Origin: a virus
Taxonomy: Duplodnaviria; Caudoviricetes
Strand: one strand, 5' to 3'
DNA: 64,000 bases
IMG/VR virus record: IMGVR_UViG_2974723488_000001
Span: 9,899-73,898 of that record
Positions 7,282-16,329 of this stretch are shown here, one piece after another (within the stretch, counting starts at the first letter, position 1; the number at the start of each line of letters is the position of its first letter). Made by a program: the position numbers and the translations under genes. The notes beneath the pieces are model-generated. The model saw only the letters and a program-made list of their open reading frames with translations. It had not been told where the DNA came from and made no database searches.

Positions 7282-7376
7282 AATACAGAATTCGCTCGAA
7301 GCTTCGGCTTGAGAGGTAGACCGCTGAGAAATCCAGGCGGGCAGTGCGGTGGAAACCCGCCAAACCCAACAACAAG

Positions 7377-7411
7377 AAGCCAGAGCAGCCAAGCTCTGGC
7401 TTTTTCATTTT
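7377..7411 (+). terminator. Rho-independent terminator
   Basis: AAGCCAGAGC-AGCCAA-GCTCTGGCTT followed by TTTCATTTT. Confidence 0.8.
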
Positions 7412-7421
7412 CTCAATCATC

Positions 7422-7745
7422 ATGATCCAAAAACACAACAAAGAATCGCTCCAAGAAATCCTCCAGGAGCATGAGCACGTCGTCGTCCGCTTCACTGCTG
7501 AGTGGTGCGGTCCCTGCAAACAATTCGCCCCGGCCTTCAACGAAGTGGCCGTGGAGAACCAGACCAGCAACATCATCTTCGTGGTGATCGATGCTGATGA
7601 GCAACGTGAACTGGCAGCAGAGTTCGGCATCCGTGGCTTGCCCTCGGTGCTGTTCTTCGTGCATGGCCAGATCGTTGGTCGTGTCTCCGGCACCATGACT
7701 ACGGATAAGTTCCGTGAAGTGATGCAGAAGCAATTCACTCGTTGA
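7422..7745 (+). CDS. trxA: thioredoxin
   Basis: FTAEWCGPCKQFAP active site, GIRGLPSV cis-Pro region, 107 aa. Confidence 0.93.
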   Translation: MIQKHNKESLQEILQEHEHVVVRFTAEWCGPCKQFAPAFNEVAVENQTSNIIFVVIDADEQRELAAEFGIRGLPSVLFFVHGQIVGRVSGTMTTDKFREVMQKQFTR

Positions 7746-7759
7746 ACCAAGGAGGACGT

Positions 7760-8053
7760 ATGTTTCCTGACTTCGCTGGACTTGAAGCACGCATCCTGCT
7801 TGATCTCGCAACGAAAGGAAGCTCAACGTCCATGGTCTACATGAACGACAAGGGAGAGGTACTTAGGCAAATCATGGAGATGCATGATCTCTTTGATGAG
7901 CCTTCCTCTATCGAACGTAAGGCCCACGCCCTGATCGATGAACTCTGGAACAAAAAGGACATCAAGATCTGGGTAGACGACCTCGTATCAATCCCGGAAC
8001 CTAAGCCCAAGAAGAAGGGCTTGCCTTGGTTCCATCACCGTAGGAGATGGTAA
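7760..8053 (+). CDS. hypothetical protein
   Basis: Strong AAGGAGG SD before ATG 7760. Confidence 0.75.
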   Translation: MFPDFAGLEARILLDLATKGSSTSMVYMNDKGEVLRQIMEMHDLFDEPSSIERKAHALIDELWNKKDIKIWVDDLVSIPEPKPKKKGLPWFHHRRRW

Positions 8054-8253
8054 TGCGTCATCGTTTTCTCATGCCCACCAGTCCGGGCGATATCGCCGTT
8101 CAGGCCATGCAGCGTGTGCAAGCAGTCGCACGTCTCCATGGATGGGATGGAAAAAGCTCGGTCACCGAGTGGCTGGATAGACAACTCACCGAAGGGAACC
8201 AAGCCAAGCAGATCGTACAACCGTGGGAAGAAAACTCCCTCAAGGGTGCGTAA
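8053..8253 (+). CDS. hypothetical protein
   Basis: AGGAG SD; TAATG coupling (alternative start 8047). Confidence 0.6.
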   Translation: MRHRFLMPTSPGDIAVQAMQRVQAVARLHGWDGKSSVTEWLDRQLTEGNQAKQIVQPWEENSLKGA

Positions 8254-8465
8254 TGACCCGCCGTATCGATCACTGGAATGGAAACCGCAACGAGGCGTTC
8301 TATTCCTCCCACCCCACCCGACTCCAAGAGATCAGGGATCGGACCAACAATCAGATCCCTTTCAACTGGAAGACCCGCAAGTGTGTGTGCTGTAAACGCA
8401 GCAGGAGTCTCACACAATTCAATGGCGACAGTGCTACCTGCAAGCGTTGCCCTCCGGAGAAGTGA
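8253..8465 (+). CDS. small zinc-finger-like protein
   Basis: TAATG coupling; CVCC...CKRC. Confidence 0.65.
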   Translation: MTRRIDHWNGNRNEAFYSSHPTRLQEIRDRTNNQIPFNWKTRKCVCCKRSRSLTQFNGDSATCKRCPPEK

Positions 8466-8467
8466 GA

Positions 8468-8932
8468 ATGCGTACTCCATTCTTTCGTCCTCGGCAGAAG
8501 CCTAAAAAGCTGCCGATCATGTTCCGTGGTTCGACCCAGATGGAGAATGAAATTCTCCTGGTCAATCACGCCTATTTCGACAACATCGTCAATGGTCGAG
8601 GCGATGTTGAGATGTACCTGACCATAGTGTTCCGCACTCTTGCTGGTCTTCAGATGGCTGAACCCATGGACCAGAAGGAAGAGATCCAAGTCATCATCAA
8701 GAAGGCATTGGGTTCTCTCTGGTTCGTTGGCGAACGGATCCTCAAGAAACACAAAGTAGGCTTCAGTGGTAACGAGATGATCGCTATCAAGGAAGCACTG
8801 GTGCTGATTGATGAACTCCACAAAGCAACTACCCGCCTTGATCATCGCAACATCTACGCTGATGTGGCATTCAAGGTCGGTGGCATGACGTTGACCATGC
8901 AATCCCTCGAACCTTTCAAGGATTCCGTATGA
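8468..8932 (+). CDS. hypothetical protein
   Basis: GGAG SD; stop overlaps the thyX start. Confidence 0.7.
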   Translation: MRTPFFRPRQKPKKLPIMFRGSTQMENEILLVNHAYFDNIVNGRGDVEMYLTIVFRTLAGLQMAEPMDQKEEIQVIIKKALGSLWFVGERILKKHKVGFSGNEMIAIKEALVLIDELHKATTRLDHRNIYADVAFKVGGMTLTMQSLEPFKDSV

Positions 8933-9837
8933 ATCAGATCCGTGCCACCGTCATCGCTGACAGCATCAGTCCCGATGGCATTCGCCTGACCACTTTCGAG
9001 TTGGTCTATCACCGTTTCATCCACTCCGAATTCATGACCCACCGCATGGTGTCCAAGAACTCGGCCAGCAGTCGTGCCATTCCCACGGCCAAGCTGCTGG
9101 AGCAAGTCCGAACCAGTCCCATGATGCCCATCCACTGGGGGCAGAACCAGAAGGGAATGCAGGCCGGACAGGAACTCACGGCTCGTGGTCGTGAAGAAGC
9201 CGAAGCTCGCTGGCTGTGGGCAGCAGCACAAGCAGCCGATGCTGCTGAAGGAATGCTGGAAGCTGGTCTGCACAAGCAGATCGCCAACCGTGTTCTGGAA
9301 CCCTTCATCGCCATGCGAGTCATCGCTACGGCCACCGAATGGAACAACTTCTTCCACCTGCGACTGCACCCCGATGCCCAGCCTGAAATCCAGGAACTGG
9401 CCAAGCAGATGCGTATTGCCCGTGAAGCAGCAACGCCTACCCTGCTGCATCCCGGCATGTGGCACCTGCCGTACATCACCCCGAAGGATACGGTGGATGT
9501 GGTCAATCATCTGAAGTATGGCCGCATCACTCGTGACGAACCGAGACAGAGCGAAATCATCAACATGCTGCGCATGATCAGCGTGGCTCGCTGCGCCCGA
9601 GTGTCCTACAACAACTTCGAGGGCCGTCCCTCGTTTGTGCAGGAAGACCTCGCACTGTACGACAAGCTGGTCGGCAGCAGCCCTCTGCATGCCAGCCCCA
9701 CCGAGCACCAAGCCACTCCCGATTACGTCGATGACGTTGAAGGGAAATCCAAGTGGATGAGTCCCGAACTTCACGGGAACCTGAATGGCTGGATCCAGTA
9801 CCGCAAGACGCTGGAAGGCGAAAACGTTCCCGGTTAA
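8929..9837 (+). CDS. thyX: FAD-dependent thymidylate synthase ThyX
   Basis: EFMTHRMVSKNSASSRAIP motif, HKQIANRVLEP, FFHLR, AQPEIQELA, HASPTEH. Confidence 0.92.
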   Translation: MNQIRATVIADSISPDGIRLTTFELVYHRFIHSEFMTHRMVSKNSASSRAIPTAKLLEQVRTSPMMPIHWGQNQKGMQAGQELTARGREEAEARWLWAAAQAADAAEGMLEAGLHKQIANRVLEPFIAMRVIATATEWNNFFHLRLHPDAQPEIQELAKQMRIAREAATPTLLHPGMWHLPYITPKDTVDVVNHLKYGRITRDEPRQSEIINMLRMISVARCARVSYNNFEGRPSFVQEDLALYDKLVGSSPLHASPTEHQATPDYVDDVEGKSKWMSPELHGNLNGWIQYRKTLEGENVPG

Positions 9838-9851
9838 TTCGGGTTTTGTGA

Positions 9852-9876
9852 GGGGGCATTCGCCCCCGTTCCTTTT
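9852..9876 (+). terminator. candidate terminator
   Basis: GGGGGC-ATTC-GCCCCC followed by GTTCCTTTT. Confidence 0.55.
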
Positions 9877-9897
9877 CATATACACAAGGAGTCTGTA

Positions 9898-12441
9898 GTG
9901 AAAGTCACTCACGAAGAAGGTCATATCACCCACGCCGTCGTGGGTGGCTTGGACGCAATTGAATGCGGTATCACTGGTGATGCCCACTTCATGCACATGC
10001 TGTCCGCATCGCTGTACAAGAATCCCACGATGGCCATGTGCCGTGAAGTCCTCTGCAACGCATGGGACGCACACATAATGGTCAGCAAGACCGATCCCAT
10101 CAAGATCACGGTTGATCGTGATGAACTGATCATCCAGGACTTCGGCCCCGGCATTCACCACGACAAGATCGGCCCGATCTACGGGGTCTATGGGGCCAGT
10201 ACCAAGAAGAACGATGGTCGCCAAACTGGCGGCTTCGGCTTGGGCTGCAAGTCTCCCTGGTCCTACACCGATACCTTCGAGGTGGTCTCCTGCCACGAAG
10301 GACAGAAGGCCATCTACCAGATGACCAAATCGGCGTCGGAACGCCAAGGCAAGCCCAGCATCAAACCCATCGTGGTCGGTATCCCGACTACGGATACGGG
10401 TATCACGGTCACCATTCGCCTGAAGAATGGTGACTCCGGCGAGATCATGCGCTACGTCAAGCAGACGCTGTACTACGGCGGCATTCCCGCTGAGATCAAT
10501 GGCAAGCTGTATCCGGTGCTCCCCTACCAGGAAGCGACGGATAACTGGATCCTTGCGAACCAGTTGAACGGCGACAAGTACCCCATCATGGTTCGCTACG
10601 GCAACGTGGTCTATCCAATCAACGAACAGGATGAGTACCAGAACGAATACCGTGAAGTCAGTCGCTTTCTCAAGAGCCTGCCTCGAAACGAGAACGGCTA
10701 TGCCCTGATCTTCTCGGCGGAGCCGGATAGCCTCACCCCGACTCCCAGCCGGGATGAACTCACCATGATCGACATGACCGTCGAGACTCTGAAGAAGCTG
10801 CTCGCTGGCTTCGTGGACACGCTCAAGCGTGATGGTGACACGGTGGTCAAGGAACGTTCGGTGGAGCGGATCAAGGATCTGTTCCAGCAGAAGCCGCTTG
10901 CAATCTTGGAATGGGATGGTGAATCCGTTCCCCCCAAGCGTGCAGCGAATTCCTTCTTCGACAACACCAGCTACTACAGCAGTCTGAAGAAGCCGATCAC
11001 CGACTTCGGTGATGTGGTGGACCTGTCCATCGACTCCCGCTATCCGGGCAAGTACATCGCTGGTTTCCGCAAGCTGGACCTGTCCACTCGCTGGGATCTG
11101 TGGAAGACGGTACCGGGGCTGGACAAGCGACTGGTGGAAAGCTTCGGCCGGCATCTGGCAATGGGCTATGGCGACAAGCCGACTCAAGCCCAGCTCCGTT
11201 GGTTTACGCGCAACGTCACCGGCTACATCGTCAAGAAGGCGATGAAGCAGGACTACGAACTGAAGTTGGAAAACTTCTACTTCGTGGGCGGCGGCAATCG
11301 CACTCGTAGCTGGCACAAGTGGCCGACCTCTCTGGATCGTGTGATGTACAACGTCCACGAAGCGATGGCTACCCAGATGTGGGCGATGGCTCCGTACCTG
11401 AAGAACCGCATCGTGCTGACCCATGGAAAGAATGCCATCATGGATCGCATGTCACAGCATCCGCAGTACAAGGATCTTCCCTACCAGGAACGAACCGGAT
11501 GGCTGCTGTACGTGGTTCCCCGCTCACCGAAGCGGGCTTCTGAAGCACTGGCCTTCTTCCAAGGTCTGGGCATGGATGTCATTGACATGATGCCTATCCA
11601 TGCCTGGGAGGACGATGAGTTCAAGCCCAAGAAGCGTGAGAAGCCCTTGGTTCCCGTCGTCAAAAAGCCCAAGAAGACCGGCTACATCTGCCTGTCTGCT
11701 TCGTTGAAGGATGGTGTGTACAACCCCTACGAATATGCTCGTGACAACGAAGACGCTGAACGAATCGAACAGCCTCTGTTCTATGTCACGCTCAAGCCGA
11801 AGGGACGCCATGGCTATGACATGAGCCTCAACTCTCTGTCTGACCGTGAATCCAGGAATGCGGTTGAACTGTACGGTAAGTACGGTGCAATCATTCAACT
11901 GGAAAAAGCCATCACCGAAGCAACGAAGAATGGTGCAGTGGTCATGGAAGAATGGGTTCCTCAGCGAGTCCTGCAAGAAATGACCACCAACAAGCGGATT
12001 CGCCAATACTTTGCGATCTCTGCGAAGGCAGCTTCCAAGTTGCCGGACTGGACCAGCGAACTTGGTTCTGTAGTTAGCTTGATCGCTAACGATCCGGTGT
12101 TGCAGACCAAGTATGGGATTGTCAATCCCATGACTCCGCGAGACAAGGTGCTGTTGAATCTGTTCGCATCCATGGTTGGACAGATGCATCATTACTATGG
12201 CCGCTTCCACGGTGTACCGGAAGCAATTCGTACAGGGTTCCGTAAGATGGAAGCCACCCTGGACGAGATCAAACCCGCACCGGAGGTTGTTTCTTTGGTG
12301 CAGATGGCCAAGGACAACACGATTCTGTCGTGCTTGAGCATCAGCAAGATCAATCAGATCCTGCATAGCATCAAACCCGAGGACATTCTTCTCCACGAAA
12401 GTGTCCGCAATTTGTTCATCAACGCCCTTGAGGGCAAGTGA
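9898..12441 (+). CDS. rIIA: rIIA-like protein
   Basis: N-terminal GHKL ATPase motifs (REVLCNAWDAH, DFGPGI, GGFGLGCKSP); AAGGAG SD; N4 synteny. Confidence 0.9.
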   Translation: MKVTHEEGHITHAVVGGLDAIECGITGDAHFMHMLSASLYKNPTMAMCREVLCNAWDAHIMVSKTDPIKITVDRDELIIQDFGPGIHHDKIGPIYGVYGASTKKNDGRQTGGFGLGCKSPWSYTDTFEVVSCHEGQKAIYQMTKSASERQGKPSIKPIVVGIPTTDTGITVTIRLKNGDSGEIMRYVKQTLYYGGIPAEINGKLYPVLPYQEATDNWILANQLNGDKYPIMVRYGNVVYPINEQDEYQNEYREVSRFLKSLPRNENGYALIFSAEPDSLTPTPSRDELTMIDMTVETLKKLLAGFVDTLKRDGDTVVKERSVERIKDLFQQKPLAILEWDGESVPPKRAANSFFDNTSYYSSLKKPITDFGDVVDLSIDSRYPGKYIAGFRKLDLSTRWDLWKTVPGLDKRLVESFGRHLAMGYGDKPTQAQLRWFTRNVTGYIVKKAMKQDYELKLENFYFVGGGNRTRSWHKWPTSLDRVMYNVHEAMATQMWAMAPYLKNRIVLTHGKNAIMDRMSQHPQYKDLPYQERTGWLLYVVPRSPKRASEALAFFQGLGMDVIDMMPIHAWEDDEFKPKKREKPLVPVVKKPKKTGYICLSASLKDGVYNPYEYARDNEDAERIEQPLFYVTLKPKGRHGYDMSLNSLSDRESRNAVELYGKYGAIIQLEKAITEATKNGAVVMEEWVPQRVLQEMTTNKRIRQYFAISAKAASKLPDWTSELGSVVSLIANDPVLQTKYGIVNPMTPRDKVLLNLFASMVGQMHHYYGRFHGVPEAIRTGFRKMEATLDEIKPAPEVVSLVQMAKDNTILSCLSISKINQILHSIKPEDILLHESVRNLFINALEGK

Positions 12442-14093
12442 GGATTTATCCCATGCAAACCAAGATGAAGGTCAAGGCATTCGTGGTGACGACCAGCGAA
12501 CTGACGCTGTACTCGGACCTCGGTGTGCCGTATCACATTCGCCAAGGTGATCCCCGTGTGGCACGCATCGTCGAAGAAATCCAGGGACCGATCTCCCTGG
12601 GTCAAGTCGTCGAAGTCGTGGTGGACGGTGAAGACACCCCGGTGGTGGAACCGGCCGATACCCGCAACTACTTCGCTGAAGCCGAACAGCAGTCCAACGG
12701 CGTGGTCCGCTTCTTCCGCGCCAGCCGTCGCCTGATCCGTGAACTCTTCTCCAAGAAAACGGAACCGGTCCAGGAACCGGAAACCGCCAAGTTCGTCAAT
12801 CCGACGAGCGGTGGTGTCATCCCCGGTTCCCAGGAACCGGAAAAAGCGAAGACGCCGGAAGCCTGCCCGGTGACCCAAGCCAACGCCATCTCCGAAATCA
12901 TGGCCAATGCCGTGCCTTCCACTGCACCCGACTTCAAGGTGCCGGAAGGCGTGGAAGCGGACCAAGATACCGGCGATACCGTGGTGGCCGTGGTCAACGG
13001 TACGGTGATCCCGGATGCTCACGAACTGGCTCCCCAGATCAAGCACGCCGTGATCTCGAACAGCACCCTGGGTATCCAGAACCTCATGGCTCGCCTGTCG
13101 GCCGTGGCCCGCAAGCGTGGTCACTCCGTCGAAGACCTCATGAAGTTCATGAAGCTGGGTGACCTGCCGGTGACGGACAAGGGCGACATCGTGGCCTACA
13201 AGGCACTGCGTCGTCGTCAACTGCCCGGCTACGACAACCGCTTCAAGTTCGTGGACATCCACTCCGGCAACGTTCCCCAACGTGTCGGCTCCTTCGTCCA
13301 CATGGACGAGAAGCTGGTGGATCCCGACCGTCGGCAGGACTGCTCGAATGGCCTGCACATCGCCAGCCGCTCCTACCTGGGATCGTTCCGTGGCGACGTG
13401 TGCGTCATGGTTCTGATCCGTCCGGAAGACGTGATCGCGGTGCCGGAGTACAGCGTCAACAAGATGCGTGTCTGCGGCTACCACATCATCGCTGAACTGA
13501 CCCAATCCCAGTACAACAAGGTGCTGAACAATCAGCCCCTTACGGACGAGGAAAGCGGCGAACTGCTGCTGGGTCGCATCATGTCCGGTCACCACATCAA
13601 CGTGACCAACAAGGTGCAGATCGGCGGTCATCGTGGAACCAAGATCACGATCACCGAGATCGACAAGGCCGACCAGACGGATCTGTCCCCGGAAGTCCAG
13701 GTGGCACCACCTTCGGTCGAAACGGCCCAGGTCACCGAGGCTCCGGCCAAGACGGAAACGGAAAAGCCCCAGGAAGCCGCCAAAACGGCCCCCAAGGCTC
13801 CGAAACGTCGAGTCAAGGCCATCGACACCAAGGATCCGAAAAAGCCCGCCAGCAAGGCCGCAAAGCCCGCTGGCAAGGTGGTCTCGGCCAAGGATGTTCT
13901 GACCAAGGTCAAGCTGACCCAAGCCGAAGAAGCCCAGAAGCTCTTCAAGGAGTACGCCAACGCCAAGACCAAGTCGGCTGAAATCGCCGCTGCCAAGGCG
14001 CTGCTGAACTTCAAGAAGCAAGCCAAGAAGGGCTGGGCGGTCCTGGGCCTGCCGGATGACACCGGCACGGAACTGACCAAGGTCATTTCCTGA
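12438..14093 (+). CDS. rIIB: rIIB-like protein
   Basis: GDIVAYKAL, DIHSG, DCSNGLH, PEDVIAVP, KMRVCGY; Lys/Ala-rich tail; start may be 12453. Confidence 0.9.
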   Translation: MRIYPMQTKMKVKAFVVTTSELTLYSDLGVPYHIRQGDPRVARIVEEIQGPISLGQVVEVVVDGEDTPVVEPADTRNYFAEAEQQSNGVVRFFRASRRLIRELFSKKTEPVQEPETAKFVNPTSGGVIPGSQEPEKAKTPEACPVTQANAISEIMANAVPSTAPDFKVPEGVEADQDTGDTVVAVVNGTVIPDAHELAPQIKHAVISNSTLGIQNLMARLSAVARKRGHSVEDLMKFMKLGDLPVTDKGDIVAYKALRRRQLPGYDNRFKFVDIHSGNVPQRVGSFVHMDEKLVDPDRRQDCSNGLHIASRSYLGSFRGDVCVMVLIRPEDVIAVPEYSVNKMRVCGYHIIAELTQSQYNKVLNNQPLTDEESGELLLGRIMSGHHINVTNKVQIGGHRGTKITITEIDKADQTDLSPEVQVAPPSVETAQVTEAPAKTETEKPQEAAKTAPKAPKRRVKAIDTKDPKKPASKAAKPAGKVVSAKDVLTKVKLTQAEEAQKLFKEYANAKTKSAEIAAAKALLNFKKQAKKGWAVLGLPDDTGTELTKVIS

Positions 14094-14109
14094 TGGTCTG
14101 ATCCCTCCT

Positions 14110-14144
14110 GATACCTCTAGTGATATAAACTAGAGGTATCTTTT
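14110..14144 (+). promoter_or_regulatory. perfect 12-bp inverted repeat: operator, terminator or SD-occluding hairpin
   Basis: GATACCTCTAGT-GATATAA-ACTAGAGGTATC then TTTT and ATG. Confidence 0.6.
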
Positions 14145-14684
14145 ATGGAGAAGATCATGGCCAAAGTCTACCGGGTCAACCGGAAAGCCAAGGACGAGGA
14201 CATCCTCCGCATGAACTATGTGGGGATGTCCTTGGGCACCATTGCCCGAACTCTCGGTGTTCATCCGACCACCGTAACCCTGCGACTTCAGAATCTGAAC
14301 GTGGAACCTGCCGACACCCGTCGGACTTTCATGGAACACGTCCTGAAGCCGCTCCCTGTGCATATCGCTGACTGGCTGGCTGATCAACTCGGCCCGACCT
14401 ACCAGATTCGCCAGTACGTGCGTGATCTGATCCAGGAAGCCTATGACAAACGTTTCGAGAAGATAGGAACTGCTCATGAGCGACATCTTGAAAAATACGG
14501 TGGCGTGGTTCCACGCAGCCACCCCCAACCCGACGCAGCAGAACATCAGCACGCAGATGGGTTGTCACTTCGAGGAAGTGAAGGAAATGGTGGACTGCCT
14601 GACGCCGCGAACCAAGGAAGCCCAGGTGATCCTGCAACAAGCGCAGGCAGCACTGGACAACCTGGCGGGGCTGATGAAGCGTGA
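14145..14684 (+). CDS. helix-turn-helix DNA-binding protein (N4 gp35-like)
   Basis: GMSLGTIARTLGVHPTTVTLRL HTH; the 3' part overlaps the next gene. Confidence 0.8.
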   Translation: MEKIMAKVYRVNRKAKDEDILRMNYVGMSLGTIARTLGVHPTTVTLRLQNLNVEPADTRRTFMEHVLKPLPVHIADWLADQLGPTYQIRQYVRDLIQEAYDKRFEKIGTAHERHLEKYGGVVPRSHPQPDAAEHQHADGLSLRGSEGNGGLPDAANQGSPGDPATSAGSTGQPGGADEA

Positions 14685-14934
14685 TGCCACGGCCATCGGC
14701 CTGCACCCTTCGGACTACGTGGATTTCGTGGACAGCCTGGGCGATCAGATCGTTACGGCGACTGGCTCCGGAACTTATTTGGGGATGGATGTCCCCGGAG
14801 CCTTGGACGAGATCAACAAGTCCAATCACTCCAAGTTCGTCGATGGCAAACCGGTCCGTGATCCGGACAGCCAGAAGATCCTGAAAGGGCCGGACTACTT
14901 CAAGGCCAACCTGAAGCCGTTCGTTCCGAAATAA
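14476..14934 (+). CDS. MazG-like NTP pyrophosphohydrolase (N4 gp36-like)
   Basis: HFEEVKE, DSLGDQIVT, EINKSNHSKF, KILKGPDYFK. Confidence 0.85.
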   Translation: MSDILKNTVAWFHAATPNPTQQNISTQMGCHFEEVKEMVDCLTPRTKEAQVILQQAQAALDNLAGLMKRDATAIGLHPSDYVDFVDSLGDQIVTATGSGTYLGMDVPGALDEINKSNHSKFVDGKPVRDPDSQKILKGPDYFKANLKPFVPK

Positions 14935-14949
14935 GAAACCCCAGTACAT

Positions 14950-14972
14950 AAACCGCCTTCGGGCGGTTTTGT
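14950..14972 (+). terminator. Rho-independent terminator
   Basis: AAACCGCC-TTCG-GGCGGTTTTGT. Confidence 0.75.
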
Positions 14973-14990
14973 CGTCTCCAGAGGGCCAAC

Positions 14991-16319
14991 ATGGAACAAA
15001 CTACCCCTGCTATGCCGCTGAATGCAGATCAACTCGCGGCGGCCGAAGGCTTCTTTGAAAGTCTCTTTCGGCCTGAAGAAAAGGAGATCAACATCACCGG
15101 ACCCGGTGGGGTTGGTAAGACCTTCACGATGGCTTACATGATCGACTTCATCATGCCCCGCTATTTCCAGACGTGCGAACTGATGGGAATCAAGCCGGAG
15201 TACGACGAAGTTGTCATGACGGCAACCACCAACAAGGCAGCAGAAGTGCTGGCTGCGGCTACTGGCCGTGAAACGGTCACGATCCATTCCCACTTGGGTC
15301 TGACCATCAAGAACAACTTCAAGACAGGTGAAGTGGACCTGATCAAAGGTCGTAGCTGGAAGGTGCATGAACGCCAAATCGTCTTCATCGACGAAGGCTC
15401 CATGATCGACTATAAGCTGCGGACTCTGATCAACGAAGGTCTGCTGAACTGCAAGATCGTGTACGTCAGCGATCATTGTCAGTTGCCCCCGGTGATGGAA
15501 GAGATTTCTCCCATCTATACCCAGGGCTTCCCTCGATATCACCTGTCCATTCCGATGCGTACCAACGTACCGGAACTGCTGGAACTGAACGCCCACTTCC
15601 GCGACATCGTGGAAGGCAACAAGGACTGGGGTGACATCAAGGTCACTCCCGGAATCGTGGATTACATCCCCGGTGGTCCTCAAGGTGGCCAGGAAATCCA
15701 GAAGCTGATCCGCGAATACTTCGTGAATCGTGCCGGTGAAGCTCGCATGTTGGCGTATACCAATCGCCGTGTGCTGGACTACAACACGTTCATCCGTAGT
15801 GAACGTGGCATTCATGGTGAGTTCGCGGAAGGTGAAGAGTTGGTTTCCAACTCGGCAGTCCAACTGAGCACTACTCAGCGACTGTCCATCGAACAAGAAG
15901 TCACCATCAAGGAGCGTGGCAACATCATTCATCAGATCCCCATCGAAGGTGATGTGTATCTGGAATGCCGTAGCTGCACTCTGGATCTGGGCTACGGTGG
16001 CACCATAGAACACATCATGGTTCCTTGCGACTATGATCACTTCCACGCCTTGGTCAAGCACTACGCACAGACCAAGAACTGGCAGATGCACTTCGCCTTG
16101 AAGGAGAAGTACCCGGACTTGCGATCCAAGGATGCAAGCACGGTGCATAAGAGCCAAGGAAGCTCATTCGATGTGGCCTTCCTGGATCTGACGGATCTGT
16201 CCACCTGCCGCAATCCCAAGGTCGCTGCTCGTATGTTCTACGTTGCTGTGTCTCGTGCTCGCAAGCGCGTGATCATGTACGGAGAACTGGCGGAGAAGTA
16301 CGGCCGCATTGTTGTCTAA
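14991..16319 (+). CDS. SF1 (Dda/RecD-like) DNA helicase
   Basis: GPGGVGKT, ATTNKAA, IDEGSM, DHCQLPPV, TVHKSQGSSF, YVAVSRAR. Confidence 0.93.
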   Translation: MEQTTPAMPLNADQLAAAEGFFESLFRPEEKEINITGPGGVGKTFTMAYMIDFIMPRYFQTCELMGIKPEYDEVVMTATTNKAAEVLAAATGRETVTIHSHLGLTIKNNFKTGEVDLIKGRSWKVHERQIVFIDEGSMIDYKLRTLINEGLLNCKIVYVSDHCQLPPVMEEISPIYTQGFPRYHLSIPMRTNVPELLELNAHFRDIVEGNKDWGDIKVTPGIVDYIPGGPQGGQEIQKLIREYFVNRAGEARMLAYTNRRVLDYNTFIRSERGIHGEFAEGEELVSNSAVQLSTTQRLSIEQEVTIKERGNIIHQIPIEGDVYLECRSCTLDLGYGGTIEHIMVPCDYDHFHALVKHYAQTKNWQMHFALKEKYPDLRSKDASTVHKSQGSSFDVAFLDLTDLSTCRNPKVAARMFYVAVSRARKRVIMYGELAEKYGRIVV

Positions 16320-16329
16320 GGAGGCTGCT

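Larger units (their letters stand above)
6115..7360 (+). ncRNA. large structured non-coding RNA or cluster of ncRNAs
   Basis: No credible ORF; near-continuous helices with GNRA/UUCG loops, G.U pairs that work on the + strand, and T-arm motifs; ends at a terminator. Confidence 0.75.

Noticed and set aside
7344-7421. N-terminal extension of thioredoxin given in the ORF track
   Set aside because: It runs through the terminator; ATG 7422 gives a normal-length thioredoxin.
12768-12842. Short CCAGGAACCGGAAA repeats in rIIB
   Set aside because: They encode low-complexity QEPE linker peptides; not a CRISPR or regulatory array.
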